64,000 bases of DNA from Acidimicrobiia bacterium. GTDB lineage: Bacteria; Actinomycetota; Acidimicrobiia; IMCC26256; JAGNEX01. Shown here one piece after another: positions 27,264-35,549 of the stretch (its first letter is position 1; every line of letters starts with the position of its first letter). Location of the stretch: the NCBI GenBank assembly GCA_018003035.1, contig JAGNEX010000004.1:651-64650 (forward strand). Direction: 5' to 3'. The position numbers and the translations under genes are program-made. The notes beneath the pieces are model-generated. The model made no database searches. It was not told the origin of the DNA and was given only the letters and a program-made list of their open reading frames with translations.

Positions 27264-28139
27264 TCACGCTTGATCTGGTGACCTCTCGGTCGAAGCCCGT
27301 CGGAGGAGTCCCCGAACCTCAGCGACGAGCTCTACGGTCGCGGCAGTCGTCTCGAGGGGCGAGAGAATTACCCAATCCGCGCCCGCTCGCGCAAAAGGAC
27401 CCAGGTCGGCAGCAAGTTTGACCGGATCCCCCCAGAGAAGCGACGTTCGGTCGGCTCGACCCGCCCACAGCTCCTCGGCCTCGTCCCGACTCCTTTTCAG
27501 GATCACCGATCCCGACCAGGACGCTTCGACTGCTAAACCCGCCGCTTTGAAGTTCTCGACGGTCGAGCGAACGACGTCCGCTGTTGCCTCCCAGCAGTTC
27601 CACCCGCCCACAGCTGCTGCAAGATCGATACCGTCTGGATGGGTTGAACCAATCCACACCGGTATTCCCCTCTCGAGGAGGAGCTCGCTGGTACGTGCCA
27701 TCCAGCCCATTCGGTCCGCGATCGAGCCGGTGGAAAAGCCAAAGGTGGCGTACTCGGTCTGACTTTGTGAGTCCCCGGCTCCGAGTCCCGCGATAAGGCG
27801 TCCGGGGGCTATCCGTTCGATCGTCGCGAGGAGATGGGCAGTCATTTGGGGGGTTCGGAGTCCGGCGCGCGCTACCAAGGGACCGACGGCGATCCCTTCG
27901 GTCACTGCGGCGACCTGGGCGAGGGCAACGCTGAGCTCCATCGCAGGTCGGTCTGGGGCACGGCCTCCCCCGCCGAGGAGGTGATCGAAAACGAACAGGC
28001 CATCGAGGCCTGCACGTTCGGCGGTCGTGGCAACCGTTGCGACCAGGCCTGGGTCGCCGCTGAACGTTGGCAGGCACATGCCCACCTTCACCGCCTCTGT
28101 GAGTCCCGACAAGTTTCGGTCGGCGTGGTTCGGTCTCAT
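27264..28139 (-). CDS. Luciferase-like (LLM-class) flavin/F420-dependent oxidoreductase
   Basis: 291 aa. The pattern AERAGLDGLFVFDHL resembles LLM TIM-barrel N-termini. Cofactor is undetermined. The start may be at MCLPTF. Confidence 0.7.
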   Translation of the reverse strand: MRPNHADRNLSGLTEAVKVGMCLPTFSGDPGLVATVATTAERAGLDGLFVFDHLLGGGGRAPDRPAMELSVALAQVAAVTEGIAVGPLVARAGLRTPQMTAHLLATIERIAPGRLIAGLGAGDSQSQTEYATFGFSTGSIADRMGWMARTSELLLERGIPVWIGSTHPDGIDLAAAVGGWNCWEATADVVRSTVENFKAAGLAVEASWSGSVILKRSRDEAEELWAGRADRTSLLWGDPVKLAADLGPFARAGADWVILSPLETTAATVELVAEVRGLLRRASTERSPDQA

Positions 28140-28143
28140 CTTT

Positions 28144-29163
28144 CTACGAACCTTCCTCGCCGGTCGCTACGTCGTCGCATAACAACGCTGCACCGACGGC
28201 TGCTGCGTCCGAGCCGATCTTGGCCAAGCGAAGCTCCGGGAGGACGCGCATCGGCCCACCTTCGACTCTCTGCTCCAGACTCTGCTGTACTGCGTCTAGG
28301 AGCATCTGTCCGAGGTCCATCACTCCGCCCCCAAGGACGATCACCGCAGGATCGAGGATGGCGATGAGGCCTTCCAGGCCCCTTGCTACTGCCGATCCGA
28401 AGTCCTCGACAATGGGCTGCACTTCATCCCGATGCTGGCGGGCGAGGTCTGCCAAGTCAGAGGGCCGAGGTGGTCGCGCCAGCGTCGCTGCTGACCGGTC
28501 GAGCTGACCGAGCTCAAAGGCTCGATCGACCAGGGCACCAAGCGCTGGGCCTGACGCTATCGCCTCCCAGTGACCAGCTCCGCCGCAGATACAAACCGGC
28601 CCATCTGCGGTGACCGGCATGTGCCCAATCTCGCCCGCAAAACCCGTCGCTCCCGTCAGCAGATGTCCGTCAGCGATGATTCCGCCACCGATGCCGGTGC
28701 CGATGCTGACCATCGTCAGATTCTGCACGCCAACGCCTGCGCCGATTCGCCACTCTGCGAACACCGCTGCGTTGGCATCATTTTCTACGTTGACGTCGAA
28801 ACCGGTCGCGGCCTTCAACTCTGCCGCGACGTCAACTCCGTCCATCCACACCAGATTGGGTGAGTGAATGATTCGGCCCTGACGGTCGACCATCCCTGCG
28901 ATCCCCACGCCGACCGGCACACCGTGGGCGACAGTCGCATCGGCGTGTGCCCTGTTCGACACCGTTGCTGGGACAGGGACATCGAGCCGCAACGTGCGGG
29001 CCACCTCACTCACCGACTGGATCAGCTCGTGTGAAGTTCGCGGCGTCGGAACCCGCAATCGGGCCACGATCTCACGGCCGGCCAAGGTCACCGCGTTGAT
29101 CTTCGTGCCGCCGACGTCGATCCCGATCCGGACGGTGTTGGGATTCGATGAGGTGTTCAGCAT
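28144..29163 (-). CDS. ROK-family glucokinase
   Basis: 339 aa. GIDVGGTKINAV, ENDANAAVFAEW, and the ROK zinc motif CICGGAGHWEA. Confidence 0.88.
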   Translation of the reverse strand: MLNTSSNPNTVRIGIDVGGTKINAVTLAGREIVARLRVPTPRTSHELIQSVSEVARTLRLDVPVPATVSNRAHADATVAHGVPVGVGIAGMVDRQGRIIHSPNLVWMDGVDVAAELKAATGFDVNVENDANAAVFAEWRIGAGVGVQNLTMVSIGTGIGGGIIADGHLLTGATGFAGEIGHMPVTADGPVCICGGAGHWEAIASGPALGALVDRAFELGQLDRSAATLARPPRPSDLADLARQHRDEVQPIVEDFGSAVARGLEGLIAILDPAVIVLGGGVMDLGQMLLDAVQQSLEQRVEGGPMRVLPELRLAKIGSDAAAVGAALLCDDVATGEEGS

Positions 29164-29223
29164 CGGCGGCCCACTTCGGTCGGGCCGGTCAAGCCTTCGG
29201 GATGGCGGCGACCGGGCGCGGCG

Positions 29224-30018
29224 TCAAAGGTTGCTGGCGCCGCTGTGGCCGGCGGGGTGGCGGTACTCGGAGTCCGGCTCGGCGGCATGCACCGTGCGCA
29301 TGGCGTCCAGGGCCGGTTTGAGCGGCTCGACGACATCTCTGAGTACGCTGCTCAACCCGTCGATCAGATCGGCGGTCAGTTCTTCGAACGCAACGCTACC
29401 GTCGTAGGCGCGGTCGCCGTGTGCTTGGTCCTGAGCTTCATAGGTCTCGAAGTACGGGCTGTGCGCCCGGTGAGGTTGCGGACCCGGCGATTGCGGCCCC
29501 GCTCGTTCCTGGTGTGGCCGCTCGCGACCATCAGCAACCTTCAGGTGTGCTGTCTTGTCCGTTCCCGGGTCCATTGGGTCGTCGGCATCAGCGCGAGCGG
29601 CAACCGTTTGTTCATGGGGACGGTCACCATCGCTACCGTTGGAGGCACCTGTGCGGGCAGCTACTCGACGGTCGCGTTCTGCCGCGACTCTTGCCCGTTC
29701 AGCTGTCAGGGCGCCATCGGCAGCGTCGAGCAGGCAGCGCGCAGCTGCGACCATTTCTTGTACGGCGGCGAGCGCGTGGTCGTAGGCCTCTGTTTGTTGT
29801 TGGCGCCACGAAGCGGAAAAGGAACAGGCGAGACACCCGCGAACGGCTCGTTCGTCGTCGGCGGTATCTGCGTTTGGTCCGTCATGAGAGTGCCCGGTGC
29901 GGCCACTGTTCGACGTTGCCTTCGGAGCGGTGCCGGACCCGGCGGCGCGCGGCCGGGCGCGGTCCGAGGAGTGGCTGTCCGAATCGGCCCACCAGGGGGC
30001 TTTGCGCCCAGAGGACAT
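29224..30018 (-). CDS. Hypothetical, largely disordered acidic/His-rich protein
   Basis: 264 aa. Starts 6 nt after the SRPBCC gene on the same strand. Composition is protein-like, unlike the Arg-rich plus-strand alternative at 29245..30027. No family recognised. Confidence 0.45.
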   Translation of the reverse strand: MSSGRKAPWWADSDSHSSDRARPRAAGSGTAPKATSNSGRTGHSHDGPNADTADDERAVRGCLACSFSASWRQQQTEAYDHALAAVQEMVAAARCLLDAADGALTAERARVAAERDRRVAARTGASNGSDGDRPHEQTVAARADADDPMDPGTDKTAHLKVADGRERPHQERAGPQSPGPQPHRAHSPYFETYEAQDQAHGDRAYDGSVAFEELTADLIDGLSSVLRDVVEPLKPALDAMRTVHAAEPDSEYRHPAGHSGASNL

Positions 30019-30023
30019 GACAG

Positions 30024-30515
30024 CTAACCGCCCGCCCCGGTTGTCGACTCGGCGACCTGGCGCACGCTTTGCAACGCTCGGCGGACCATCATCGACTCGG
30101 CACGTCGCTGAACGATCTGGGGCAGAGGAACTTTGAAATCGACCAAAAGCTCGTAGGTGATCTCCGTCCCTGAAATGCCGTCCCTGCTTGTCGATTCGAA
30201 GCGATAGCTACCTTCGTAACGACGGATACGGCCCGTAGGGATGCCACGCCACGAAAACATGTCTGGCGCGTCAGCCATGTCGTAATGCAGTTCAAGCGTC
30301 ACCGAAAAGCCCATAGCGCCTGCAACGAAACGGGCGACCCGAACAAGCCCTGTGGGGTCTTGTTCGACCAAGTCCACCCTGCGAACCTCGCGAGCCCAGG
30401 ACGGGTAGTCACGAACATCGGCGGCGATGGCGAAGCAACGCTCAAGGGGAGCGGCGACGAATGCCTTATCAAAAACGCGTTCTGGCATGGTGCTAACCCC
30501 TTTCTTCTTGGACAA
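30024..30515 (-). CDS. SRPBCC (cyclase/dehydrase, START-like) family protein
   Basis: About 155-163 aa. Pattern PLERCFAIAADVRDYPSWAREV...YEGSYRFE is typical of polyketide_cyc2/SRPBCC proteins. Alternative start ATG 30488 is preceded by GAAAGGGG. Confidence 0.75.
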   Translation of the reverse strand: MSKKKGVSTMPERVFDKAFVAAPLERCFAIAADVRDYPSWAREVRRVDLVEQDPTGLVRVARFVAGAMGFSVTLELHYDMADAPDMFSWRGIPTGRIRRYEGSYRFESTSRDGISGTEITYELLVDFKVPLPQIVQRRAESMMVRRALQSVRQVAESTTGAGG

Positions 30516-30906
30516 CTCCTGTGTCCGCCGCTACCGAATTCCACAAGGCAGCCAAACCAACACCTGGCATGACGGCCAATACTGCAAACGCTTCCCAGAG
30601 CGACGCCACCAAACCGACAACGTACAAAGCGGTCAGCGAGAGCACCATCGCCCGTCGGCGAGGGTCCCCGTCGTGCCTTGGCCAAAACATGTCGGGGACC
30701 TCAACGGTGCTTCCCCGTGATTGCGCACGTACCAACATCAAAAAGCCGACGATCCATAGGACGCTCCCCAACAAGAAGAGGCCCAAGATGATCACCAGAC
30801 CAGTTCGCTCGAAGAGGGACGTTTCAAAAAGTCCTAAAACGGCGCTCAAAACAATGAGGCCCGAACACAGCAACGGTAGGCGAAGTAATTGCGAACGGTC
30901 CATCAT
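30493..30906 (-). CDS. Small integral membrane protein (4 predicted TM helices)
   Basis: 137 aa and strongly hydrophobic. ATGA overlap with the GT4 gene upstream. Confidence 0.55.
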   Translation of the reverse strand: MMDRSQLLRLPLLCSGLIVLSAVLGLFETSLFERTGLVIILGLFLLGSVLWIVGFLMLVRAQSRGSTVEVPDMFWPRHDGDPRRRAMVLSLTALYVVGLVASLWEAFAVLAVMPGVGLAALWNSVAADTGVVQEERG

Positions 30907-32033
30907 ACCGTCAACGTTTCCAAAACTGTCAGGTCACCGCGGGCAAGGGGTGCCAGACGGGCAGCGAGAGCATCGTAGGAGAACTCTTCGACCGCTCTCA
31001 GGCGTGCCTGCACCCGCATCTCGCCCAGGTTCGCCGGGGACAACACTTCGCGGATGGCTTGCTGCACGCTTCTTTGATTCTTTGGCGGTACCACCCTGCC
31101 CGAAACGCCGTCTGCAACCGCTTCGTGCGCCCCACCTGACCGGCCTGCGACGGCGGGCACGCCGCACGCGGCCGCTTCGAGGAACACGATGCCGAAGCCC
31201 TCGCGTTCGAGACCGAACCACCGGTCGCGGCAGAGCATGGAGAACACGTCGGCGCTTGCGTACAAGGGCGCCAGCTGTTCCTCGGGAACTCTGCCGAGCA
31301 GATGGATGTGTGGCGCTCGTGCCGCAAGCTTCTTGAGACGGTCAAAATCCCGCCCGCTGCCCCCGATCGCAAGCTGAACCTCTCCTTCGAGCGGCTTGAC
31401 CGCTTCGATCAGGGTGTCAAAACCCTTGCGGGGTACGAGCCGAGAGAGGCCAAGGACGAGGGGAACCTCCGGGTCGAGGCCAAACAGATCTCGCGTGGCG
31501 GCACGTTCGTCCTCGGTGGCGGGTTGAAAGCGTTCGACGTCAACACCTGGCGGAATGATGAGTCCTTTGAGCGGCACCTCAGCAGCACGAATTCCTTCAG
31601 CCGCCGGGTATCCGCCCGCGCAGAGAACGCCTTCAGAACGTTGCAGCACGCTGCGTAGCAGCCGACGAGACACGGGAAGACGACCTGGGATCGTCACTTC
31701 CGCACCATGGAGGACCGCGACGTAAGGCCGCTTCAGGTAGCGACCGATCGCTCCGAGCGGTAATGCAGGATCGAGGAAAACAAGGTCGATCTTCAACTCG
31801 TCGATCAGCTCGTTGACTTCACGAATCAAAATCGGGTTGGGAAGCAACACCTTCTGGGATGAACGAATGATCCGCAACGGTTCGGCCACCCGGTCAAACT
31901 CGTCATCGCCGGTATAGGGCGTTGTGTAGACGGCAACCGTTTCGGCCGGAAGTCGGCGCCAAAGCTCCCACAGGTAGGACTGGATACCACCTACCTTGGG
32001 GGGAAAGTCGTTGGTCACAAGCAGGGAACGCAC
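30903..32033 (-). CDS. GT4-family glycosyltransferase (PimB-like mannosyltransferase)
   Basis: 376 aa. N-terminal LLVTNDFPPKVGGIQSY and C-terminal EGFGIVFLEAAACGVPAVAG (the GT4 E-x7-E region). Confidence 0.88.
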   Translation of the reverse strand: MRSLLVTNDFPPKVGGIQSYLWELWRRLPAETVAVYTTPYTGDDEFDRVAEPLRIIRSSQKVLLPNPILIREVNELIDELKIDLVFLDPALPLGAIGRYLKRPYVAVLHGAEVTIPGRLPVSRRLLRSVLQRSEGVLCAGGYPAAEGIRAAEVPLKGLIIPPGVDVERFQPATEDERAATRDLFGLDPEVPLVLGLSRLVPRKGFDTLIEAVKPLEGEVQLAIGGSGRDFDRLKKLAARAPHIHLLGRVPEEQLAPLYASADVFSMLCRDRWFGLEREGFGIVFLEAAACGVPAVAGRSGGAHEAVADGVSGRVVPPKNQRSVQQAIREVLSPANLGEMRVQARLRAVEEFSYDALAARLAPLARGDLTVLETLTV

Positions 32034-32130
32034 GGCAAGAATGCTAGGAGCACCGGTTTAAGGCATTTGTACCGGTCAGAAAAACATTTCTGTTCGCTAA
32101 GCACCGTTGCAACGGGCCGTCGCATCCTTA

Positions 32131-32334
32131 TCAAACATTCGCGACCAGCCGGAGCCGTGGAACAAGACCTGCCTTGGTCAGGCTCGTCAGCGCTGACATT
32201 TCATCGGCCGAAAACTCACCGAGCCGCGGACCGTCGATGATATGGCTCACAATGCAGTCGTCGCAGGCGGATGTGTGCGCCATGACGCAGTCGCCGCAGT
32301 CGATGACACGGCTTGAGGCGGAGGACATTTCCAT
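32131..32334 (-). CDS. Small Cys-rich protein (CxxC...CxxC)
   Basis: 67 aa from ATG 32334: MEMSSASSRVIDCGDCVMAHTSACDDCIVSHIIDG.... Two CxxC pairs 8 residues apart. Divergent from ppnK. Confidence 0.5.
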   Translation of the reverse strand: MEMSSASSRVIDCGDCVMAHTSACDDCIVSHIIDGPRLGEFSADEMSALTSLTKAGLVPRLRLVANV

Positions 32335-32517
32335 AGCGATCTCGTTTCTGCACGGCCGATGTGGACCGGTACCTTTGTGACCCTCCAAGCATGGCAATAG
32401 GGTGTGACACTCAACATGTGCGGAGACACCGTGGCTGATGCACAGGTGAGGGCAAGGGTCGACTCAACGGCCCCGAACCACGCCACGCAGGGACCGGGCA
32501 ACTTGCCAAGGATTGAT

Positions 32518-33288
32518 ATGGCCGACACGACTGCGCTCGCTCTCACCACTTCCGACGATGAAGAAGCGGTTGCGTTCGGGAACCAGGTTCGCGGCCTGTT
32601 CGACCTGGTGAATGAAGACGAAGCGGATGTGATCGTCGCCGTGGGCGGAGACGGGTTCATGTTGGAAACGCTCCACCGAACCCTCGGAACCGAGACACCG
32701 ATCTACGGGGTCAACACCGGAACGGTGGGTTTCCTCATGAACCGCTGTGAGCCCTGGCAGGTACCCGACCGAATCGCATCTGCGGAAGCTGTCTCGTTAG
32801 CGCCCCTGCTCATGGTCGCCCAGACCGAAGACGGCGCAGAGCATACCGCCGTTGCTCTCAATGAAGTATCGCTGCTCCGACAAACTCGCCAAGCCGCCCA
32901 CATCCGGGTCAAAGTCGACGGCGTCACCCGCATCGATCGACTGATCTGCGACGGTGTTCTGGTTTCTACCCCCGCCGGGTCGACCGCATACAACCTCTCC
33001 GCTCACGGCCCGATCGTCCCCTTGGGCGCCGAACTGCTGGCATTGACCCCCATCTCGGCGTTCCGTCCGCGGCGATGGCGCGGCGCGCTTTTGAGGGATT
33101 CGGCCACCGTCCGCTTTGAGGTCCGCGAATTCTTCAAACGCCCCGTAAGCGCCACCGCGGACCACACAGAGATTCGGCACGTCATCTCGGTCTCGGTCAC
33201 CTGTGACCGGAGTCAACATGCCGTCTTGCTGTTCGACCCCGAACACAACTATGAGGAGAGAATCCTTACCGAACAGTTCACGACCTAA
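32518..33288 (+). CDS. ppnK: NAD kinase
   Basis: GGDG motif (VIVAVGGDGFMLETLH), NE motif (ALNEVSL) and STPAGSTAYNLSAHGPI. ATG 32518 is preferred; the track ORF opens at 32404. Confidence 0.88.
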   Translation: MADTTALALTTSDDEEAVAFGNQVRGLFDLVNEDEADVIVAVGGDGFMLETLHRTLGTETPIYGVNTGTVGFLMNRCEPWQVPDRIASAEAVSLAPLLMVAQTEDGAEHTAVALNEVSLLRQTRQAAHIRVKVDGVTRIDRLICDGVLVSTPAGSTAYNLSAHGPIVPLGAELLALTPISAFRPRRWRGALLRDSATVRFEVREFFKRPVSATADHTEIRHVISVSVTCDRSQHAVLLFDPEHNYEERILTEQFTT

Positions 33289-33398
33289 GGGACGAGCAGC
33301 GCTAGAACCGGTTCGAGGCGCCTCCCGAACTGGGATGACGCCTCAAACGGCAGTTCTGAGGATGGCTGAGACCGCCAGGGCCGGCTGTTCGCCGAGCC

Positions 33399-35228
33399 CT
33401 ACGCGCCCATCGCTGCAATCAAGGCACTAGATGAGATCACCAGCGCTCCTTCAGACTCGGCCTGCTCGCGAACCCAACCGTCGCTTGAGACGACAATCGC
33501 TGGGATCCCCATCGGGAGTTTGGTGAGTTCCCGCACTACGACGAGGTCGGCCTCTTCACCTTCGCGGCTAAAGAGAACTCGGACTCCCCTGCGACGGGTC
33601 GCTCCGCCGATGTCGACGGCCGCGCCGTCAAAGACAATCGTCACGGGGCAGCGAGTTCGAGCATGCAGATCGGTCATGGCGTCAACCAGGCGGTCGCGCT
33701 GTTCGCTGATCGAAAGGTCGCCCCATTTGTTCATCGACACGTTGTACCCGTCGACGATCATCACGACGCCCCGAGCGCTCATCATTTCGAGCACCGTTGA
33801 CTTCTCTTCGATGAACATCCCGGGTGGCACAGGAACCTGAGCCCGTCCGGTTGAGCGTTGTACGAGCGCCGACTGCGCAGGCAGGCCGGTTGAATCAAAT
33901 AGATCTTCGTCTTCGGCCGCGGCGCGCTCGGCATCTGCCATCGCCTGTTCCAGCATGGCTGTGCTCATCGTCAACTCGTCGCTGTGCACGATCGAATCGT
34001 CGTCCAAATCTGCTGCCTCTTTAAACACCGCCGAAGCCGCCGGACTCGGGGCCTCAGAAGCCGCTGATTGGGTGTGGTCTCCGGCCTCCGCAGACGAGTC
34101 GTCGGCACTCGCCCGGGAAGAATCTTGACCGTTGGAGGCGCCGTCATCGGTGTCGTGGCCGACTGCTTCTGAGGAATCGTCGCCGCTTGAGTCATCACCG
34201 TCTGACTCGTCACCGTCGTCGTCGAGGTCCGAAGCGTAGGTGTCGTCGTCGATCACCCAACTGTCATCGAGGTGGGCGGCCACCGTCGACGGCGGCATCT
34301 CTTGGCCGTGCTCGGGGATGAGTTTGCGCCCATTGTCCGAGAGCGCCCCGAGCTCCCGACTGAGCGCTACAGCGACGTCGGCGGAACGCTCAAGCATGTG
34401 AACGTGCCGGCGAACTCGCTCGATCTCGGCCGCACGAGCATCCGCCGTAGCCTCTTCAGTCCGAAGCATCTGAGCCCGAAGTTCTTCAAACTCGCGACGC
34501 AGTTCGCGCAGTTGATCTTCGCTGTCGCGTGCGCGTGCCGCTTCCCTGGAGGAACGCTCCTGAGCGATCTCAATCGTCCGATTGGCCCGGTCTCGTTCAA
34601 CTTCGAGACGTTCAATCTTTTCGGTTGCCTCGGCGGTCAGGCGCTCGGCGTCTTCCTCGCGCTGGCGGCGTGAACGGCGTTCGTCTTTGAGCGTGGAGTC
34701 GAGTTCGTTGAACTGAACCTCGAGCTCGTCGCGGTGGGCTTCTGCACGTCGTGCCGACTCTTCGACCGTTTCGAGTCGGTTGCGGAGCGCAACGACCTCT
34801 TCTTCGACTTCTTGCCGCCGGCGTTCGCCTTCAAAAACTCCGAGTGCCGCGCCAATTCCGATCGTCCAACCTTTCGGACGAGCCGCATAAAGAGCAGACG
34901 CCAGCACGGGAAGGTCGTCTTGTTCGGCCGCCACAGCGGCGAGTTTTGCTGCGTCGTTGCGGGACCACCCGTCGAGGACCGACGACACCTCTGTCCGGTC
35001 CAAAAAGCGCTCAAAGACCGCTGTCCGGAAAGTCTCGTCACCTTCGACGGCCCTCAGCAGCTGTGCACGCGCAGCTGCCCGAGCGAGCCCCCGTCGGTCA
35101 AAGCCCAAAAGTGGGCGAAGCTGAGCTGGAACGTCGGCATCGGGGGTGTCCCGCATGACGTCGCCGGCCTGTTCCAACAAGGGGGCCAGGAGCACATCAG
35201 GGATGCCCAGTTCGTTACCGTTCGCCAT
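33399..35228 (-). CDS. NYN/YacP-like (PIN-fold) nuclease-domain protein with long coiled coil and polyacidic linker
   Basis: 609 aa. The C-terminal 140 aa (VVMIVDGYNV...VTIVFDGA...VLFSREGEEADLVV...IVVSSDGWV) match the YacP/NYN pattern. Residues about 130-300 are heptad-rich and charged. Residues about 320-400 are a D/S/G-rich acidic run. Confidence 0.75.
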   Translation of the reverse strand: MANGNELGIPDVLLAPLLEQAGDVMRDTPDADVPAQLRPLLGFDRRGLARAAARAQLLRAVEGDETFRTAVFERFLDRTEVSSVLDGWSRNDAAKLAAVAAEQDDLPVLASALYAARPKGWTIGIGAALGVFEGERRRQEVEEEVVALRNRLETVEESARRAEAHRDELEVQFNELDSTLKDERRSRRQREEDAERLTAEATEKIERLEVERDRANRTIEIAQERSSREAARARDSEDQLRELRREFEELRAQMLRTEEATADARAAEIERVRRHVHMLERSADVAVALSRELGALSDNGRKLIPEHGQEMPPSTVAAHLDDSWVIDDDTYASDLDDDGDESDGDDSSGDDSSEAVGHDTDDGASNGQDSSRASADDSSAEAGDHTQSAASEAPSPAASAVFKEAADLDDDSIVHSDELTMSTAMLEQAMADAERAAAEDEDLFDSTGLPAQSALVQRSTGRAQVPVPPGMFIEEKSTVLEMMSARGVVMIVDGYNVSMNKWGDLSISEQRDRLVDAMTDLHARTRCPVTIVFDGAAVDIGGATRRRGVRVLFSREGEEADLVVVRELTKLPMGIPAIVVSSDGWVREQAESEGALVISSSALIAAMGA

Positions 35229-35549
35229 TGCGTCTCCGTTTCACAAGCGGGGTGTACTGGTTGTCAGGCGCCACACCCATTGGTTCTTCGGCACCGGAAC
35301 CCCAAAGGTTGACAATTTTTGCAGAATCATTCGGGTCGAGACCGCGGGAACGACCCGGGTCTTGTGGCCCCACCTGCCACGGTCAGCGGCGACGACGAGA
35401 CTTGGCCGCTCAGGCCAGTTAGACGCGGGGCATCCGCGGAAGCCAGCTTCAAAACCGTTGCAAAACCAACGATTTTTCAACCTTCGGCCCGTCATCGGGG
35501 CGCCGAGTGTACTTCAACAGTCACCGGGGTGGGCGTTAACATTTTCGCC

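Noticed and set aside
29245-30027. 260-aa plus-strand ORF competing with the minus-strand hypothetical gene
   Set aside because: The translation is Arg/Val/Gly-rich. The orientation conflicts with the surrounding six-gene minus-strand operon, so the minus-strand frame was preferred, though with low confidence.
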